Assembly (NCBI GenBank): GCA_949289635.1
Contig: CASEOS010000001.1
Location: 76,088 to 140,087, forward strand
DNA length: 64,000 nucleotides
DNA from: an uncultured Eubacteriales bacterium
Lineage (GTDB): Bacteria > Bacillota > Clostridia > TANB77 > CAG-508
Direction of reading: 5' to 3'
Both the position numbers and the translations under genes were made by a program. Each line of letters begins with the position of its first letter. The stretch's first letter is position 1. Shown here piece after piece: positions 47,963 to 58,306 of this stretch. The notes under the pieces were generated by a model, which had not been told where the DNA came from, searched no databases, and saw nothing but the letters and a program-made list of their open reading frames with translations.

Positions 47963-48547
47963 ATGGAATCAAAAAAAATTTTTGAAGAAATCAAAAAATC
48001 TATGGGAGACTTCCCACCTTTTTTCCCCGAATACCGGAATCAGGAAGGAACCAATTGCTATGCACATGCCTTAGGTCTTCATTATAAAGATGAAAATCAG
48101 AAATATTATTGTCCTGGGATTTTATCTGCTCTTTTTAACGAGAGTGATATATTTGATGATAATGAAACCCAGCAAACCTTAGATACTTTAGAAAGATACT
48201 GTAAAAGTGGAGAACAGTATATTTTCACTCCATTTCAAATTAACAGTATAATAAAATCTGTTAAAAGAGATTGTAATCTTCTTGGATTGCATGCGGTAGA
48301 ATCTGACTTTTATAAACCAAGTTCTCTGCATTCTTACAAGATTCTTTTTTACACTGATTCCTCTTCTTCTGCTGGATGGCATTTTGTGAGAGAATCTACC
48401 ACTTGGGAAGGAGAAAAAATTTGGACACATAAACCTGGATGGTATAATCCTATACAGGAAGTTGACCTTTCAAATGGGCCTCTATCTTTTAATCATAAAA
48501 ACATCCTGTTTTATAGATTTAGAATGTGCTTAGAAATTTTTTTCTGA
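47963..48547 (+). CDS. Hypothetical protein with a possible Cys/His (papain-like or CHAP-like) catalytic arrangement
   Basis: 194 aa. NCYAHALG has the Cys and GWHFVRE has the His. It has no signal peptide. Confidence 0.25.
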   Translation: MESKKIFEEIKKSMGDFPPFFPEYRNQEGTNCYAHALGLHYKDENQKYYCPGILSALFNESDIFDDNETQQTLDTLERYCKSGEQYIFTPFQINSIIKSVKRDCNLLGLHAVESDFYKPSSLHSYKILFYTDSSSSAGWHFVRESTTWEGEKIWTHKPGWYNPIQEVDLSNGPLSFNHKNILFYRFRMCLEIFF

Positions 48548-48648
48548 TGGTAGTATGGGAAATGAAAAAAGAACTTATGTTGATACAAACTTTGACATAA
48601 GTTCTTTTTTTATTGTAAATGCACACTTTTCTTATTTTCTCTCTAGTT

Positions 48649-51478
48649 TTATTCTAAATATTTCTTCAAGAATTTCCCTGTATAACTTTTCTCATTTAAA
48701 CAAACCTGCTCAGGTGTTCCAACAGCCACGACTTCTCCACCATTATCTCCACCTTCTGGACCTAAGTCAATAATATGGTCACAAGTTTTGATTAAATCTA
48801 AATTATGTTCGATAACAATAATCGTATTTCCTGTATCAACTAATCTTTGTAAAATATCTACCAATTTATGAACATCTGCAATATGAAGTCCTGTAGTTGG
48901 TTCATCTAAAATGTATAAGGTTTTTCCTGTTGCTTTTTTAGATAATTCTGTTGCTAATTTTACTCTTTGTGCTTCTCCTCCTGATAAGGTTGTTGATGGT
49001 TGTCCTAATTTGATATAACTTAACCCTACATCATATAATGTTTGAATTTTTTGTTTAATTCTTGGTATTTTATCAAAAAATTGTAAAGCCTCTTCAACAG
49101 TCATATCTAGTACATCTGCAATGGTTTTTCCTTTATATTTTACCTCTAATGTTTCTCTATTATATCTCTTTCCTTTACACACTTCACAAGGTACATAGAT
49201 ATCTGGTAAGAAATGCATTTCGATTTTATGCACACCATCACCATGACAACTTTCACATCTTCCCCCTTCAACATTAAAGCTAAATCTTCCCTTTTGATAT
49301 CCTCTTAATTTTGCTTCTTCTGTTTCAGCAAAAATATCTCTAATGAAATCAAATACACCTGTATATGTTGCTGGATTTGAACGTGGTGTTCTTCCAATTG
49401 GTGATTGATCTATATTAATAATTTTGTCAATTTGATTAATACCTTTGATTCCCTTACATTTTCCTGGTTTTTCATTAGAACCATTTAACTCTTTAGCAAT
49501 GGTTTTATATAATACTTCATTTACTAATGTAGACTTTCCTGAACCAGATACACCTGTTACACAAGTAAATACGCCTAATGGGAATTTCACACTAATATTT
49601 TTTAGGTTATTTTCTGTGGCACCTTGTACTTCAATGACTTTTGATTTTGTATGTTTTCTTCTTTTTTGTGGTACTGGAATTTTTAATCTTCCGCTTAAAT
49701 ATTTTCCTGTAATCGAATTTTCTACTTGCTTGATTTCTTCAGCCGTTCCGCTGTGCCATCACTTGTCCGCCATGTGTTCCAGCACCTGGTCCTATGTCAA
49801 TGACTTGGTCTGCTGCATACATGGTATCTTCATCATGTTCTACCACTAATAAAGTATTTCCTAAATCTCTTAATTTCTTTAATGTTGCTAATAATCGATC
49901 ATTATCTCTTTGATGTAATCCAATACTTGGTTCATCTAAGATATATAATACACCTGTTAGCCCAGAGCCAATTTGTGTTGCTAAACGGATTCTTTGTGCT
50001 TCTCCTCCTGACAAAGTTCCTGCACTTCTAGATAGTGTTAAATATTCTAGTCCCACATCTATTAAAAATTGCAATCTTTGATGGATTTCTTTTAAAATTA
50101 AATCTGAAATCATCGCTTCTGTTCTATTTAATCGTAAATTATCCAAATAGTCTTTGATTTGGTTAATAGACATAGCGGTTAATTCATTGATATTTTTATC
50201 CCCCACTTTGATAGACAAAATTTCAGGTTTTAATCTGGCTCCATGACATGCATAACATGGAGAATTTGTCATATACATTTCATAAAAGTCACGCATTCCC
50301 TGTGATTTTGTTTCATTATGACGTCTATCTAAAGTTGGAAGTACCCCTTCAAATGGTGCCGTAAATCTTCTTACTCCTGCTGGTGAAGCATATTCAAAAT
50401 CAATTTCTTCATCACCTGTACCATACAAGATTTTTTCCATAAAACTTCTAGGCAATTCTTTGATTTTCTTTCCTCTAATATCAATCCCATAATGTTTTCC
50501 GATACTTTCAAAATACATTTTTGCCATGGTGTCACCTTTTTTCATGGTACTTGAACCAAAGGCTTTTACACCATCATATAAAGTTTTGTTTTTATCTGGA
50601 ATAATTAAGTCTTCATCCATTTTCATTAAATATCCAATACCTGTACAAGTTGGACAAGCTCCCATTGGATTATTAAATGAAAACATTCTAGGTGTTAATT
50701 CTGGAAAACTAAAGCCACAATCAGGACATGCATAATTGCAACTATATAATCTTTCCCCTTTTCCAATTGCATCAATTAACACCAACTGATTTGCATGTTT
50801 TAAAGCAATTTCTACTGATTCTGTTAATCTACTAATAATTTCTGGTTTGATGACCAATCTGTCAACAACTAATTCAATATCATGTTTTTTCTTTCTGTCT
50901 AATGTGATGTCATCAGAAAGTTCATACATCTCTCCATCAATTCGAACTCTGACAAATCCTTCTTTTTGGAATTCTTCTAATTGTTTTGTATATTCTCCTT
51001 TTCTGCCTTTAACGACTGGTGCCAATACTTGAATTCTAGTACCCTCTTCTAACGCCATGATATTATCTACAATTTGATCAATGGTTTGTTTTTCTATTTT
51101 CTTTCCACAATTTGGACAATATGGTACACCAATTCTGGCATATAACAAACGGATATAGTCATAGATCTCTGTAACGGTTCCTACTGTAGAACGAGGATTT
51201 TTTGAAGTCGTTTTTTGATCGATGGAAATCGCTGGTGATAATCCTTCTATACTTTCTACATCTGGTTTTTCCATTAATCCTAAGAATTGTCTAGCATAAG
51301 AGGACAAGCTTTCTACATATCTTCTTTGACCTTCTGCATATAAGGTATCAAATGCTAAACTAGATTTTCCTGAGCCAGATAATCCTGTAATGACTACTAA
51401 TTTATCTCTTGGTATTTCTAAATTTATATTTTTTAGATTATGTTCTTTTGCACCCTTTATGATGATTTTGTCATTCAT
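48649..51478 (-). pseudogene. uvrA: Excinuclease ABC subunit A with a single-nucleotide frameshift near 49740 (ORFs 49739..51478 and 48649..49590)
   Basis: The N-terminal ORF ends ...[20 protein letters not shown]. The other frame continues [34 protein letters not shown]...[18 protein letters not shown], which is the correct UvrA continuation. Both ABC modules and the zinc fingers are intact. Confidence 0.85.
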
Positions 51479-51564
51479 GAAAATTCCTCCATAATTTGAT
51501 ATTTATATTTATTTCTAATGTTTATATTTCCAGTCACATTATACTATATTTTTGGGGTAAAAAC

Positions 51565-51687
51565 AAGAGTTTGGTGATGATTTTGGGGACGGAGCAAAAA
51601 ATCATCATTTGATAGTAAATGATAGAAAATTTAATTTATAATTAAAATTGGAAAGTGATGATTTTTTGCTCCGTCCCCAAAATCATC
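51565..51687. mobile_element. Type D miniature element (two inverted hairpin units TGATGATTTTGGGGACGGAGCAAAAAATCATCA flanking a ~57 bp core), copy 1
   Basis: Units at 51565..51597 and 51655..51687. Each unit is a 10 bp stem with a GGGGACGGAGCAA loop. Confidence 0.8.
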
Positions 51688-51756
51688 AAAAAAATAAACA
51701 CAAATATTTCTATTCATGTTTATTTTTGTATATTTATAAAATAGGATTGTCAAATA

Positions 51757-52332
51757 TTAATTTTGTTCTTTTTCCAATCTTACTTCATTTTCTATAATGG
51801 TCATAATGATTTGTACTGTTTTTTCTAAATCATTATTTTTTAATACATAATCATATAAATGAATTCTAGATTCTTCATAGTCAAAACGATTTAAACGTAA
51901 TATGATTTCTTGTGGACTTGGCTTGTCTATTCTATTTTCCAAACGATGTTTTAATTCCTCTTTTGGAACACGTAAAAATATAGTAACCACTTTTGTGTCA
52001 TTTCCTAATAAATCTTTTAAGTGTTCTGTACCATTTACATCAATATCTTTAACAATAATTTTTCCACTTTTTATTTTATCATTCAATAATTTTCTAGATG
52101 TTCCATAATATTGATTATGATGAATATCATATTCATAAAACTCTTCATTTTCTATCATTGTTTCAAATTCTTCTCTAGAAATAAAATGATAAGTTTCTCC
52201 TTCTACATCTCCTCCACGAATAGCTCTTGATGTATAAGAAGGAAGTGATTCTACATTTTCCATTCGTTTAATTAGTTCTTTTTTTATCGTATCTTTTCCT
52301 GCACCTGCTACTCCGGATAATATTACTAACAT
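51757..52332 (-). CDS. gmk: Guanylate kinase
   Basis: 191 aa with P-loop SGVAGAGKDT and SYTSRAIRGGDVEGETYHFISREEFE...YYGTS matching Gmk. The start ATG overlaps the rpoZ stop (ATGTTAG). Confidence 0.75.
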   Translation of the reverse strand: MLVILSGVAGAGKDTIKKELIKRMENVESLPSYTSRAIRGGDVEGETYHFISREEFETMIENEEFYEYDIHHNQYYGTSRKLLNDKIKSGKIIVKDIDVNGTEHLKDLLGNDTKVVTIFLRVPKEELKHRLENRIDKPSPQEIILRLNRFDYEESRIHLYDYVLKNNDLEKTVQIIMTIIENEVRLEKEQN

Positions 52333-52517
52333 TCTATGGCAACCTTCCCTTCTGCAATTTCAATAGCAGCTATGGTTACTGGTGACTCTTCTTTTGTTTC
52401 TACTAATGGTGTTGCACCAGATGCAATTTGTCTTGCTCTTCTAGCTGTTGCAATTACTAATTCATATCGATTATTTGCTTTTGTAAGTAATTCTGAAACA
52501 CTAGGTTTTACAATCAT
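52326..52517 (-). CDS. rpoZ: DNA-directed RNA polymerase subunit omega
   Basis: 63 aa. LLTKANNRYELVIATARRARQI is the RpoZ signature. Confidence 0.75.
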   Translation of the reverse strand: MIVKPSVSELLTKANNRYELVIATARRARQIASGATPLVETKEESPVTIAAIEIAEGKVAIEC

Positions 52518-52541
52518 TGTTTATCATTTCCTTTCTTTTTT

Positions 52542-52656
52542 TGATGATTTTGGGGACGGAGAAAAAAATCATCATTTTTCAATTTTAATTATAAATTAAA
52601 TTTTCTATCATTTACTATCAAATGATGATTTTTTGCTCCGTCCCCAAAATCATCAC
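52542..52656. mobile_element. Type D miniature element, copy 2, in inverted orientation relative to copy 1
   Basis: Units at 52542..52574 and 52624..52656. The core is the reverse complement of the copy 1 core. Confidence 0.8.
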
Positions 52657-52911
52657 TTAGTTTTCTTCTTGTGAAATGTCTTTATCAATTCTTCCTCCAA
52701 CTGTCTCTGGTTGCACAGCTGATAAAATAACATGTCCTGAGTCCATAATTAATACGGCTCTTGTTCTTCTTCCATATGTTGCATCTACTGCTGTTTTATT
52801 GTCTTTTGCCTCTTGTATTAATCTTTTAATTGGTGCAGATTCTGGACTAACAATGGCTACAATTCTATCTGCTGATACAATATTTCCAAATCCAATATTC
52901 ACTAATTGCAT
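52657..52911 (-). CDS. remA: RemA/YlzA (DUF370) extracellular-matrix regulatory protein
   Basis: 84 aa. [35 protein letters not shown]...[27 protein letters not shown] closely matches RemA. Confidence 0.85.
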   Translation of the reverse strand: MQLVNIGFGNIVSADRIVAIVSPESAPIKRLIQEAKDNKTAVDATYGRRTRAVLIMDSGHVILSAVQPETVGGRIDKDISQEEN

Positions 52912-52926
52912 AAAATCATTCCCTTC

Positions 52927-53802
52927 TTATTCTATATTTTGTACTTGTTCTCTGATGTTTTCTAATTGTGTTTTCATGTTAATGACTTCATTTGTAATTT
53001 CTAAATTATTTGCTTTTGAACCAATGGTATTGGTTTCTCGATTCATTTCTTGAATCATGAAATCTAGTTTCTTTCCCACTGTTTCATTGCCATTTAACAA
53101 TTCTCTAAATTGATATATATGGCTATGTAATCTTGTTACTTCTTCTTCAATAGAACACTTATCCGCATAAATAACCACTTCTTGTGCTAATCTTGCTTCA
53201 TCTATTTCTTGATCTTGTAACAATTCTTTTATTCTTGTATTTAATTTTACTACATATTCCTCAATAAGTCCAGTAGAAAGTGAAGATATTTTTTTTACTT
53301 TTTCTTCTATGTCTTGTATTCTTCCTAATAAATCTTGCGCAATCTTTTCTCCTTCTACTTTTCGCATTTCCACTAAATTCTCAATTGCATGATTGGTTAC
53401 TTCCAGTAATTCATTTTTTATTGTTTCATCATCTTGATTATTTTGAATAGTCAATACATCTGGTAATTTAGAAATTTCTGTTACTGGAATATCTGCTCCA
53501 ATGCCTTCTGATTTTGCTAAATCTCTTAATTCTTTGATATACATTCTGGCAATTTCTGTGTTGATTTTAATATCTCTACCTTCTAAAGAATTATTATTAA
53601 ATGTAATAAATACATCTACCTTTCCTCTGGTTAACTTTGCTGAAACAGCCTTTTTAATTTCTTCTTCTAAATAGCTTAAACTTCTAGGCATTTTTACTGA
53701 AACATCTAAATATCTATGGTTGACACTTTTTATTTCTACTTGATATTCTCTTAAATTTTTTGACATATTTGATTTGCCATAACCTGTCATACTTTTAATC
53801 AT
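52927..53802 (-). CDS. yicC: YicC/YloC-family protein (stress-induced endoribonuclease family)
   Basis: 291 aa beginning MIKSMTGYGKS, with YicC N- and C-terminal domains. It sits upstream of remA in the conserved order. Confidence 0.8.
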   Translation of the reverse strand: MIKSMTGYGKSNMSKNLREYQVEIKSVNHRYLDVSVKMPRSLSYLEEEIKKAVSAKLTRGKVDVFITFNNNSLEGRDIKINTEIARMYIKELRDLAKSEGIGADIPVTEISKLPDVLTIQNNQDDETIKNELLEVTNHAIENLVEMRKVEGEKIAQDLLGRIQDIEEKVKKISSLSTGLIEEYVVKLNTRIKELLQDQEIDEARLAQEVVIYADKCSIEEEVTRLHSHIYQFRELLNGNETVGKKLDFMIQEMNRETNTIGSKANNLEITNEVINMKTQLENIREQVQNIE

Positions 53803-54856
53803 TTTTTACTACCTCTTCTTTTTTCTTTCTTCCCCTTTTAGATTTTGGCTTTGTCTGCTTTTTTACTTCTTCTACTATTTCCTCTGTATTTTCCTGATTT
53901 TCTTCTTGTACTTCGTTTTTTGATTCATTTTTTGGTTCTTCTTGTTTTTTCTCTTTATTTTGCTTGGTTGTCTTTCTTGTTTTAGAAACTTTTGGCTTTT
54001 CAGTTTTTTCTTTTTTTTCTACAATCTCTTTTTCTTCTTCGTTTTGATTGTTTTTTATATTTTCTTGTTTTGTTTCTATTGCCGTTTCTTTCTTTTTCGT
54101 TTTTCTTTTTTTCGTTTCTTTTTCTTGATTTTCCTCACTATTTTTTGTTTTTGCATTTTGACTAGATGTTTTTTTAGTTTTTGTTTTTCCTCTCATAGAT
54201 TTTGGTTTTTCTTTCTTTTCTTCTTTTTGTGTTTTCTCTTCTTCCTTTTTATCAATCATTGGTTCTTCAATTCTTTTCTTTGCTTCTTTTATAACAGGCT
54301 CATCTTTTACAATTTCTGATATATCACTAAGACTCTTTACATATTGTATTCTTGCTCTTGTATAAATAATAGTTGATTTTAATACATAATATATAGCAAA
54401 TATATATGATGAAGTTAACAAATATGTTCTAAAATCAAATTGATATACGGTGATAATATGATGGATAAATAATGCGTGGATAGATAATACTAATAACTCT
54501 ATGGCTGTCATAGTTAATGTTCCACTATCTCTTTTATATGCCAATTCCAAAATGACAATACTTGCTAATAAAAAGACTCCAGAAACTGCTTTGGTTATCA
54601 TTTCCATTTGCTCTAATTCCAATTGTGTATATATCACATTACAAGCAATAAAATATATCATAACAACAATTGCTAATATTAAATTTTTAAATATCTTTTT
54701 TAATATTTCCTGTGATACTTCTTTAGGAAATTTTTTCTTTTCTACTTCTTTTTCTAGTATCTTATCGATTTTGTTTACTATCTCTCCGTTTTCTATTGTA
54801 TTTTTACTTTCAACTTTCATTTTTTCTTTTTTCATTTTAGCCTCTCTTTCTCTCAT
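53795..54856 (-). CDS. Membrane protein with a long Lys/Glu-rich low-complexity C-terminal tail
   Basis: 353 aa with 4 central TM helices. The C-terminal ~150 aa are a KKEEK/TKKT repeat. Confidence 0.3.
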   Translation of the reverse strand: MREREAKMKKEKMKVESKNTIENGEIVNKIDKILEKEVEKKKFPKEVSQEILKKIFKNLILAIVVMIYFIACNVIYTQLELEQMEMITKAVSGVFLLASIVILELAYKRDSGTLTMTAIELLVLSIHALFIHHIITVYQFDFRTYLLTSSYIFAIYYVLKSTIIYTRARIQYVKSLSDISEIVKDEPVIKEAKKRIEEPMIDKKEEEKTQKEEKKEKPKSMRGKTKTKKTSSQNAKTKNSEENQEKETKKRKTKKKETAIETKQENIKNNQNEEEKEIVEKKEKTEKPKVSKTRKTTKQNKEKKQEEPKNESKNEVQEENQENTEEIVEEVKKQTKPKSKRGRKKKEEVVKND

Positions 54857-54881
54857 ATCATATGGATTAAAAAATAATTTT

Positions 54882-55634
54882 TTATTCCATCTCTAATTCA
54901 TACATAATAATACTTAGCATATTTAATGCAACTGTTTCTGTTCTTAATATTCGATTTCCTAATGTAATAATTTTAGCTTGATGTTCTTCAAATCTAGCAA
55001 TTTCTTCACTATCTATTCCGCCTTCTGGACCTATAACAATTGCTATTTTTAGTTCTTCTTTATTGGTTTGCTTTATCTTTTTTAATTCTTGTTTTAATGT
55101 ATTTACTTTCTCATTCTCATATGCTGCCAATACCAAATCAAATTCCTTTATCCTGTCACATAATGTAGAAACATTGATTATGGAATGTATGGTTGGAATT
55201 CTATCTCTTCCAGATTGTTTTGCAGCACCTTCTGAAATTTTTTGCCATCTTTGTATTTTTTTTATTTTATCTTTTTCGTTTAATTTTACGACACATCTTT
55301 TCATTTCTACTGGTGTTATATCATATACACCTAACTCTACTGATTTTTGAATAACCCATTCCATCTTATCTGCTTTTGGTAATCCTTGAAAAATACTCAC
55401 GTGTATATGTGGTTCTACGTTAGACTCAATTTCTTCAACAATATGACAACATATATTTTTTTCTTCTATCTCTTCTATCTTGCAGATATAGTTTTTAGAA
55501 GTTATACTATCACATATTTCTATTGTATCATCTATTTTTGCTCTTAGAACATTTTTTATGTGATTGACATCTTCATTTTGTATTGAGATTTTCTTTCCTT
55601 CTATTTGATTGGTTGTCACAAAAAATTTAGGCAT
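54882..55634 (-). CDS. rsmE: 16S rRNA (uracil1498-N3)-methyltransferase
   Basis: 250 aa with an N-terminal PUA-like region and a C-terminal SPOUT fold (IAIVIGPEGGIDSEE...NRILRTETVAL). Confidence 0.8.
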   Translation of the reverse strand: MPKFFVTTNQIEGKKISIQNEDVNHIKNVLRAKIDDTIEICDSITSKNYICKIEEIEEKNICCHIVEEIESNVEPHIHVSIFQGLPKADKMEWVIQKSVELGVYDITPVEMKRCVVKLNEKDKIKKIQRWQKISEGAAKQSGRDRIPTIHSIINVSTLCDRIKEFDLVLAAYENEKVNTLKQELKKIKQTNKEELKIAIVIGPEGGIDSEEIARFEEHQAKIITLGNRILRTETVALNMLSIIMYELEME

Positions 55635-56105
55635 CTACATTCTCCTTTTTATTTTTTCTATACAATTTGCTACATTTTGTTTATATTCTACGGATTCATA
55701 TTTTAACATTGCTACTGGTATCTGAATTTTTTGATTATCTTTTAATACAATTTTTATCGTCTTTGCTCTACAGAATATAATCATTAATAAAGATATAATA
55801 ACATACATAATAATGACATCTAAAATGAGTGCAGAAGTAATTGCACTAATTATGATTAGAAGTGTCAAAATACTCCATCCAATTATTGCAAATACATATA
55901 TTAAAAACATACTACTTTTTTTAATCTCTTTGATATTTTTTATATCATATTCTCCTGTTGGATTTGGATACATTGTTTTGACATTTTCCATATCTTCTAC
56001 TTGTTTAATTTTTAACGTATTTCCTTCGATTTCTAATTTTGTACTAGTTCTAAAACATTGTCTTCTTGTATAATTACTTACTTGAAATTCATATTCTTCT
56101 TTCAT
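55635..56105 (-). CDS. Hypothetical small membrane protein
   Basis: 156 aa with two central TM helices. It is translationally coupled to rsmE. Confidence 0.3.
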   Translation of the reverse strand: MKEEYEFQVSNYTRRQCFRTSTKLEIEGNTLKIKQVEDMENVKTMYPNPTGEYDIKNIKEIKKSSMFLIYVFAIIGWSILTLLIIISAITSALILDVIIMYVIISLLMIIFCRAKTIKIVLKDNQKIQIPVAMLKYESVEYKQNVANCIEKIKRRM

Positions 56106-56218
56106 TTTTTATACATTCCTTTTCGTAATCATTTACTGTAACATTCATTTTCAATTTTTCATTAGATTTGCTACATTATATCACATAACTGATTATTTTA
56201 CTACCCAAACTTAAAAAA

Positions 56219-57661
56219 CTATGCATTTATCCAAACAGAAGCTGATTTTGCTTTTACTTTAAAAATACCATATCCTTCATTATCAATGATGACTTCTTCT
56301 TGGCAACCACCAACGCTATCAATAAATTTTTCTCCTACAAAATCTGTTCCTATATACATTCTCTTTTCTGTATCAAATTTATTCGAAATCAACACAGCTA
56401 ATCCAGATTTAATATGCTCTCTATCCCCTTCTCTTGTCCAACCAATACAGTTTGGGTTATCAAAATAATCATTTTGCTTTCCATAGGCCTTTTCTTTTCT
56501 CAAACCAAGTACTGTGTTTAATCCTTCTACTGGTTCTATGTTATCATGTTGAATTCCATATACATCTCCCCAAAATACACATGGATATCCCTCATCTCTT
56601 AATAAGATGATTGCATAAGCAGGTAATTTAAACCACCTTTCCACAAAACTTTCTAAACTCTGTCCTGGTTGTGTATCATGATTATCCACAAAAGTAACTG
56701 CTTTACTTGGATTTTCTTTTACCAATGTACTATTTAAAATTTTTGTTAAATCATAGTTTTCATCTTTTGATGCATTATATAAATTATAATGTAAAGGTAC
56801 ATCAAATAAAGAGATTTCGCCTTCTGTTTCTGTAATATATCTGTGTAACTTTGAAATATCACCACTCCAATATTCTCCTACTGCAAATAATTCATCCTCT
56901 GTTTGTTCTCTCAGTGTTTTTATCCAATCTTTATAAAAATTGGCATCAATATGTTTGACAGCATCTAAACGAAAACCATCTACTTTTGTTAATTCTAAAT
57001 ACCATTTTCCCCAATTTAAGCATTCTTGGACAACTTCTGGATTCTTAAAATCTAAATCTGCTCCCATTAAATAATCATAATTTCCAAATTCTTCGTCAAC
57101 TGCTCCACTCCAACTTTTATTTTTAAAACGGAAAATGGCATGTTCTTTACTTTTTTCATCATAGTCAATTCCATCAAAATGTGTCCAATTCCACTCAAAA
57201 TCTGAATATTTATGTTTTCTTCCTGGAAATGTAAATTTCGTAGCCACTCTTATAACTTGATTGTTTTCTACTAATGCATTATGGTTTCCCCAATCAACTT
57301 GTTCTGCTGGAATGGTCTGCAACAAATCTGCTCCCATTTTATGATTTAATACAATATCTGCATATGTTTCCATTCCTGCTTGTTTTAATGTCATGATACA
57401 GTTTAAATATTCATCTTTAGAACCATATTTTGTTTTAATAGTTCCTTTTTGATCAAATTCTCCTAAGTCATATAAATCATATACACCATATCCAACCTCA
57501 TCTTTTCCACCAATTCCTTTATATGCAGGTGGAAGCCATAAGGCCGTTATTCCTATAGCTGCTAATTTTTCTGCCTCATTTGCTAATGTATTCCACCAAT
57601 TTTGATTGGTTTCCAAATACCATTCAAATGCTTGTAATATAACTCCATTTATTTTTTTCAT
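56219..57661 (-). CDS. Cytoplasmic alpha-amylase (GH13)
   Basis: 480 aa with no signal peptide. ILQAFEWY at the N-terminus, DIVLNH, GFRLDAVKHI and FVDNHD are the GH13 regions I, II and IV. Confidence 0.85.
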   Translation of the reverse strand: MKKINGVILQAFEWYLETNQNWWNTLANEAEKLAAIGITALWLPPAYKGIGGKDEVGYGVYDLYDLGEFDQKGTIKTKYGSKDEYLNCIMTLKQAGMETYADIVLNHKMGADLLQTIPAEQVDWGNHNALVENNQVIRVATKFTFPGRKHKYSDFEWNWTHFDGIDYDEKSKEHAIFRFKNKSWSGAVDEEFGNYDYLMGADLDFKNPEVVQECLNWGKWYLELTKVDGFRLDAVKHIDANFYKDWIKTLREQTEDELFAVGEYWSGDISKLHRYITETEGEISLFDVPLHYNLYNASKDENYDLTKILNSTLVKENPSKAVTFVDNHDTQPGQSLESFVERWFKLPAYAIILLRDEGYPCVFWGDVYGIQHDNIEPVEGLNTVLGLRKEKAYGKQNDYFDNPNCIGWTREGDREHIKSGLAVLISNKFDTEKRMYIGTDFVGEKFIDSVGGCQEEVIIDNEGYGIFKVKAKSASVWINA

Positions 57662-57811
57662 TTTCTACTTTCTCCTTTTGTCGCATTGAGTTCATTTGTC
57701 TGTGTGACATTGTTTGTTGATGCGACATTTTCTGTTTGCATTATATCATTTGTAATGGATAATTTCTAGGTTAAATGGAAAAAATATTGAAATATTCTGC
57801 TTTTACGATAT

Positions 57812-57840
57812 TTGACAGATACTTTTTAATTTTATATAAT
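57812..57840 (+). promoter_or_regulatory. Consensus sigma-A promoter (TTGACA-17-TATAAT) for the thioesterase gene
   Basis: Exact TTGACA at 57812..57817, a 17 nt spacer, and exact TATAAT at 57835..57840, 27 nt upstream of the ATG. Confidence 0.6.
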
Positions 57841-57866
57841 ACCTTTTCGAAAGGAAGCGATTTTCA

Positions 57867-58283
57867 ATGAGTTTTATATATGAAAGAACTATTAATTATT
57901 ATGAAACAGATAGAATGGGCGTTGTTCATCATTCTAATTATATTCGTTTTTTAGAAGAAGCTAGATGTGAATGGTTAAAAGCAGCTGGTATGCCTTTTGA
58001 AAAATTCGAAGAACAAGGTATCACCATTCCTGTTTTAGAAGTCAAATGTAAATATAAGCATCATGTAACTTTTGCTGATACAATTTTAATTAAAGTATTT
58101 GTAAAAGAATTTAATGGTGTTAGATTGACAATTCAATATGAAGTAAAAGATAAAAAGACGGGAAATGATGTGATTATAGCTGAAACCAAACATTGTTTTA
58201 CTGATAAAAGTTTAAGACCTGTGAATTTGAAAAAACATTGTCCTGATTTTAGTAATAAGTTTGAGGCAGTAAAAGAAGCTTAG
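57867..58283 (+). CDS. Acyl-CoA thioesterase, 4HBT/YbgC hotdog family
   Basis: 138 aa. YERTINYYETDRMGVVHHSNYIRFLEEAR is the 4HBT signature with the catalytic Asp. Confidence 0.75.
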   Translation: MSFIYERTINYYETDRMGVVHHSNYIRFLEEARCEWLKAAGMPFEKFEEQGITIPVLEVKCKYKHHVTFADTILIKVFVKEFNGVRLTIQYEVKDKKTGNDVIIAETKHCFTDKSLRPVNLKKHCPDFSNKFEAVKEA

Positions 58284-58306
58284 GAAAAAGTCTAAGCTTC
58301 TTTATT
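58274..58306. terminator. Bidirectional rho-independent terminator between convergent genes
   Basis: AGAAGCTTAG, loop, CTAAGCTTCT hairpin with A-rich sequence on the 5' side and T-rich sequence on the 3' side. Confidence 0.55.

Noticed and set aside
49445-49849. 134 aa + strand ORF at the uvrA frameshift site
   Set aside because: It is antisense to uvrA. The correct explanation for the gap is the frameshift in the minus-strand gene.
53942-54319. 125 aa Phe-rich + strand ORF
   Set aside because: Antisense translation of the Lys-rich (AAA/AAG) tail of the 353 aa protein gives poly-Phe/Leu. This is an artefact.
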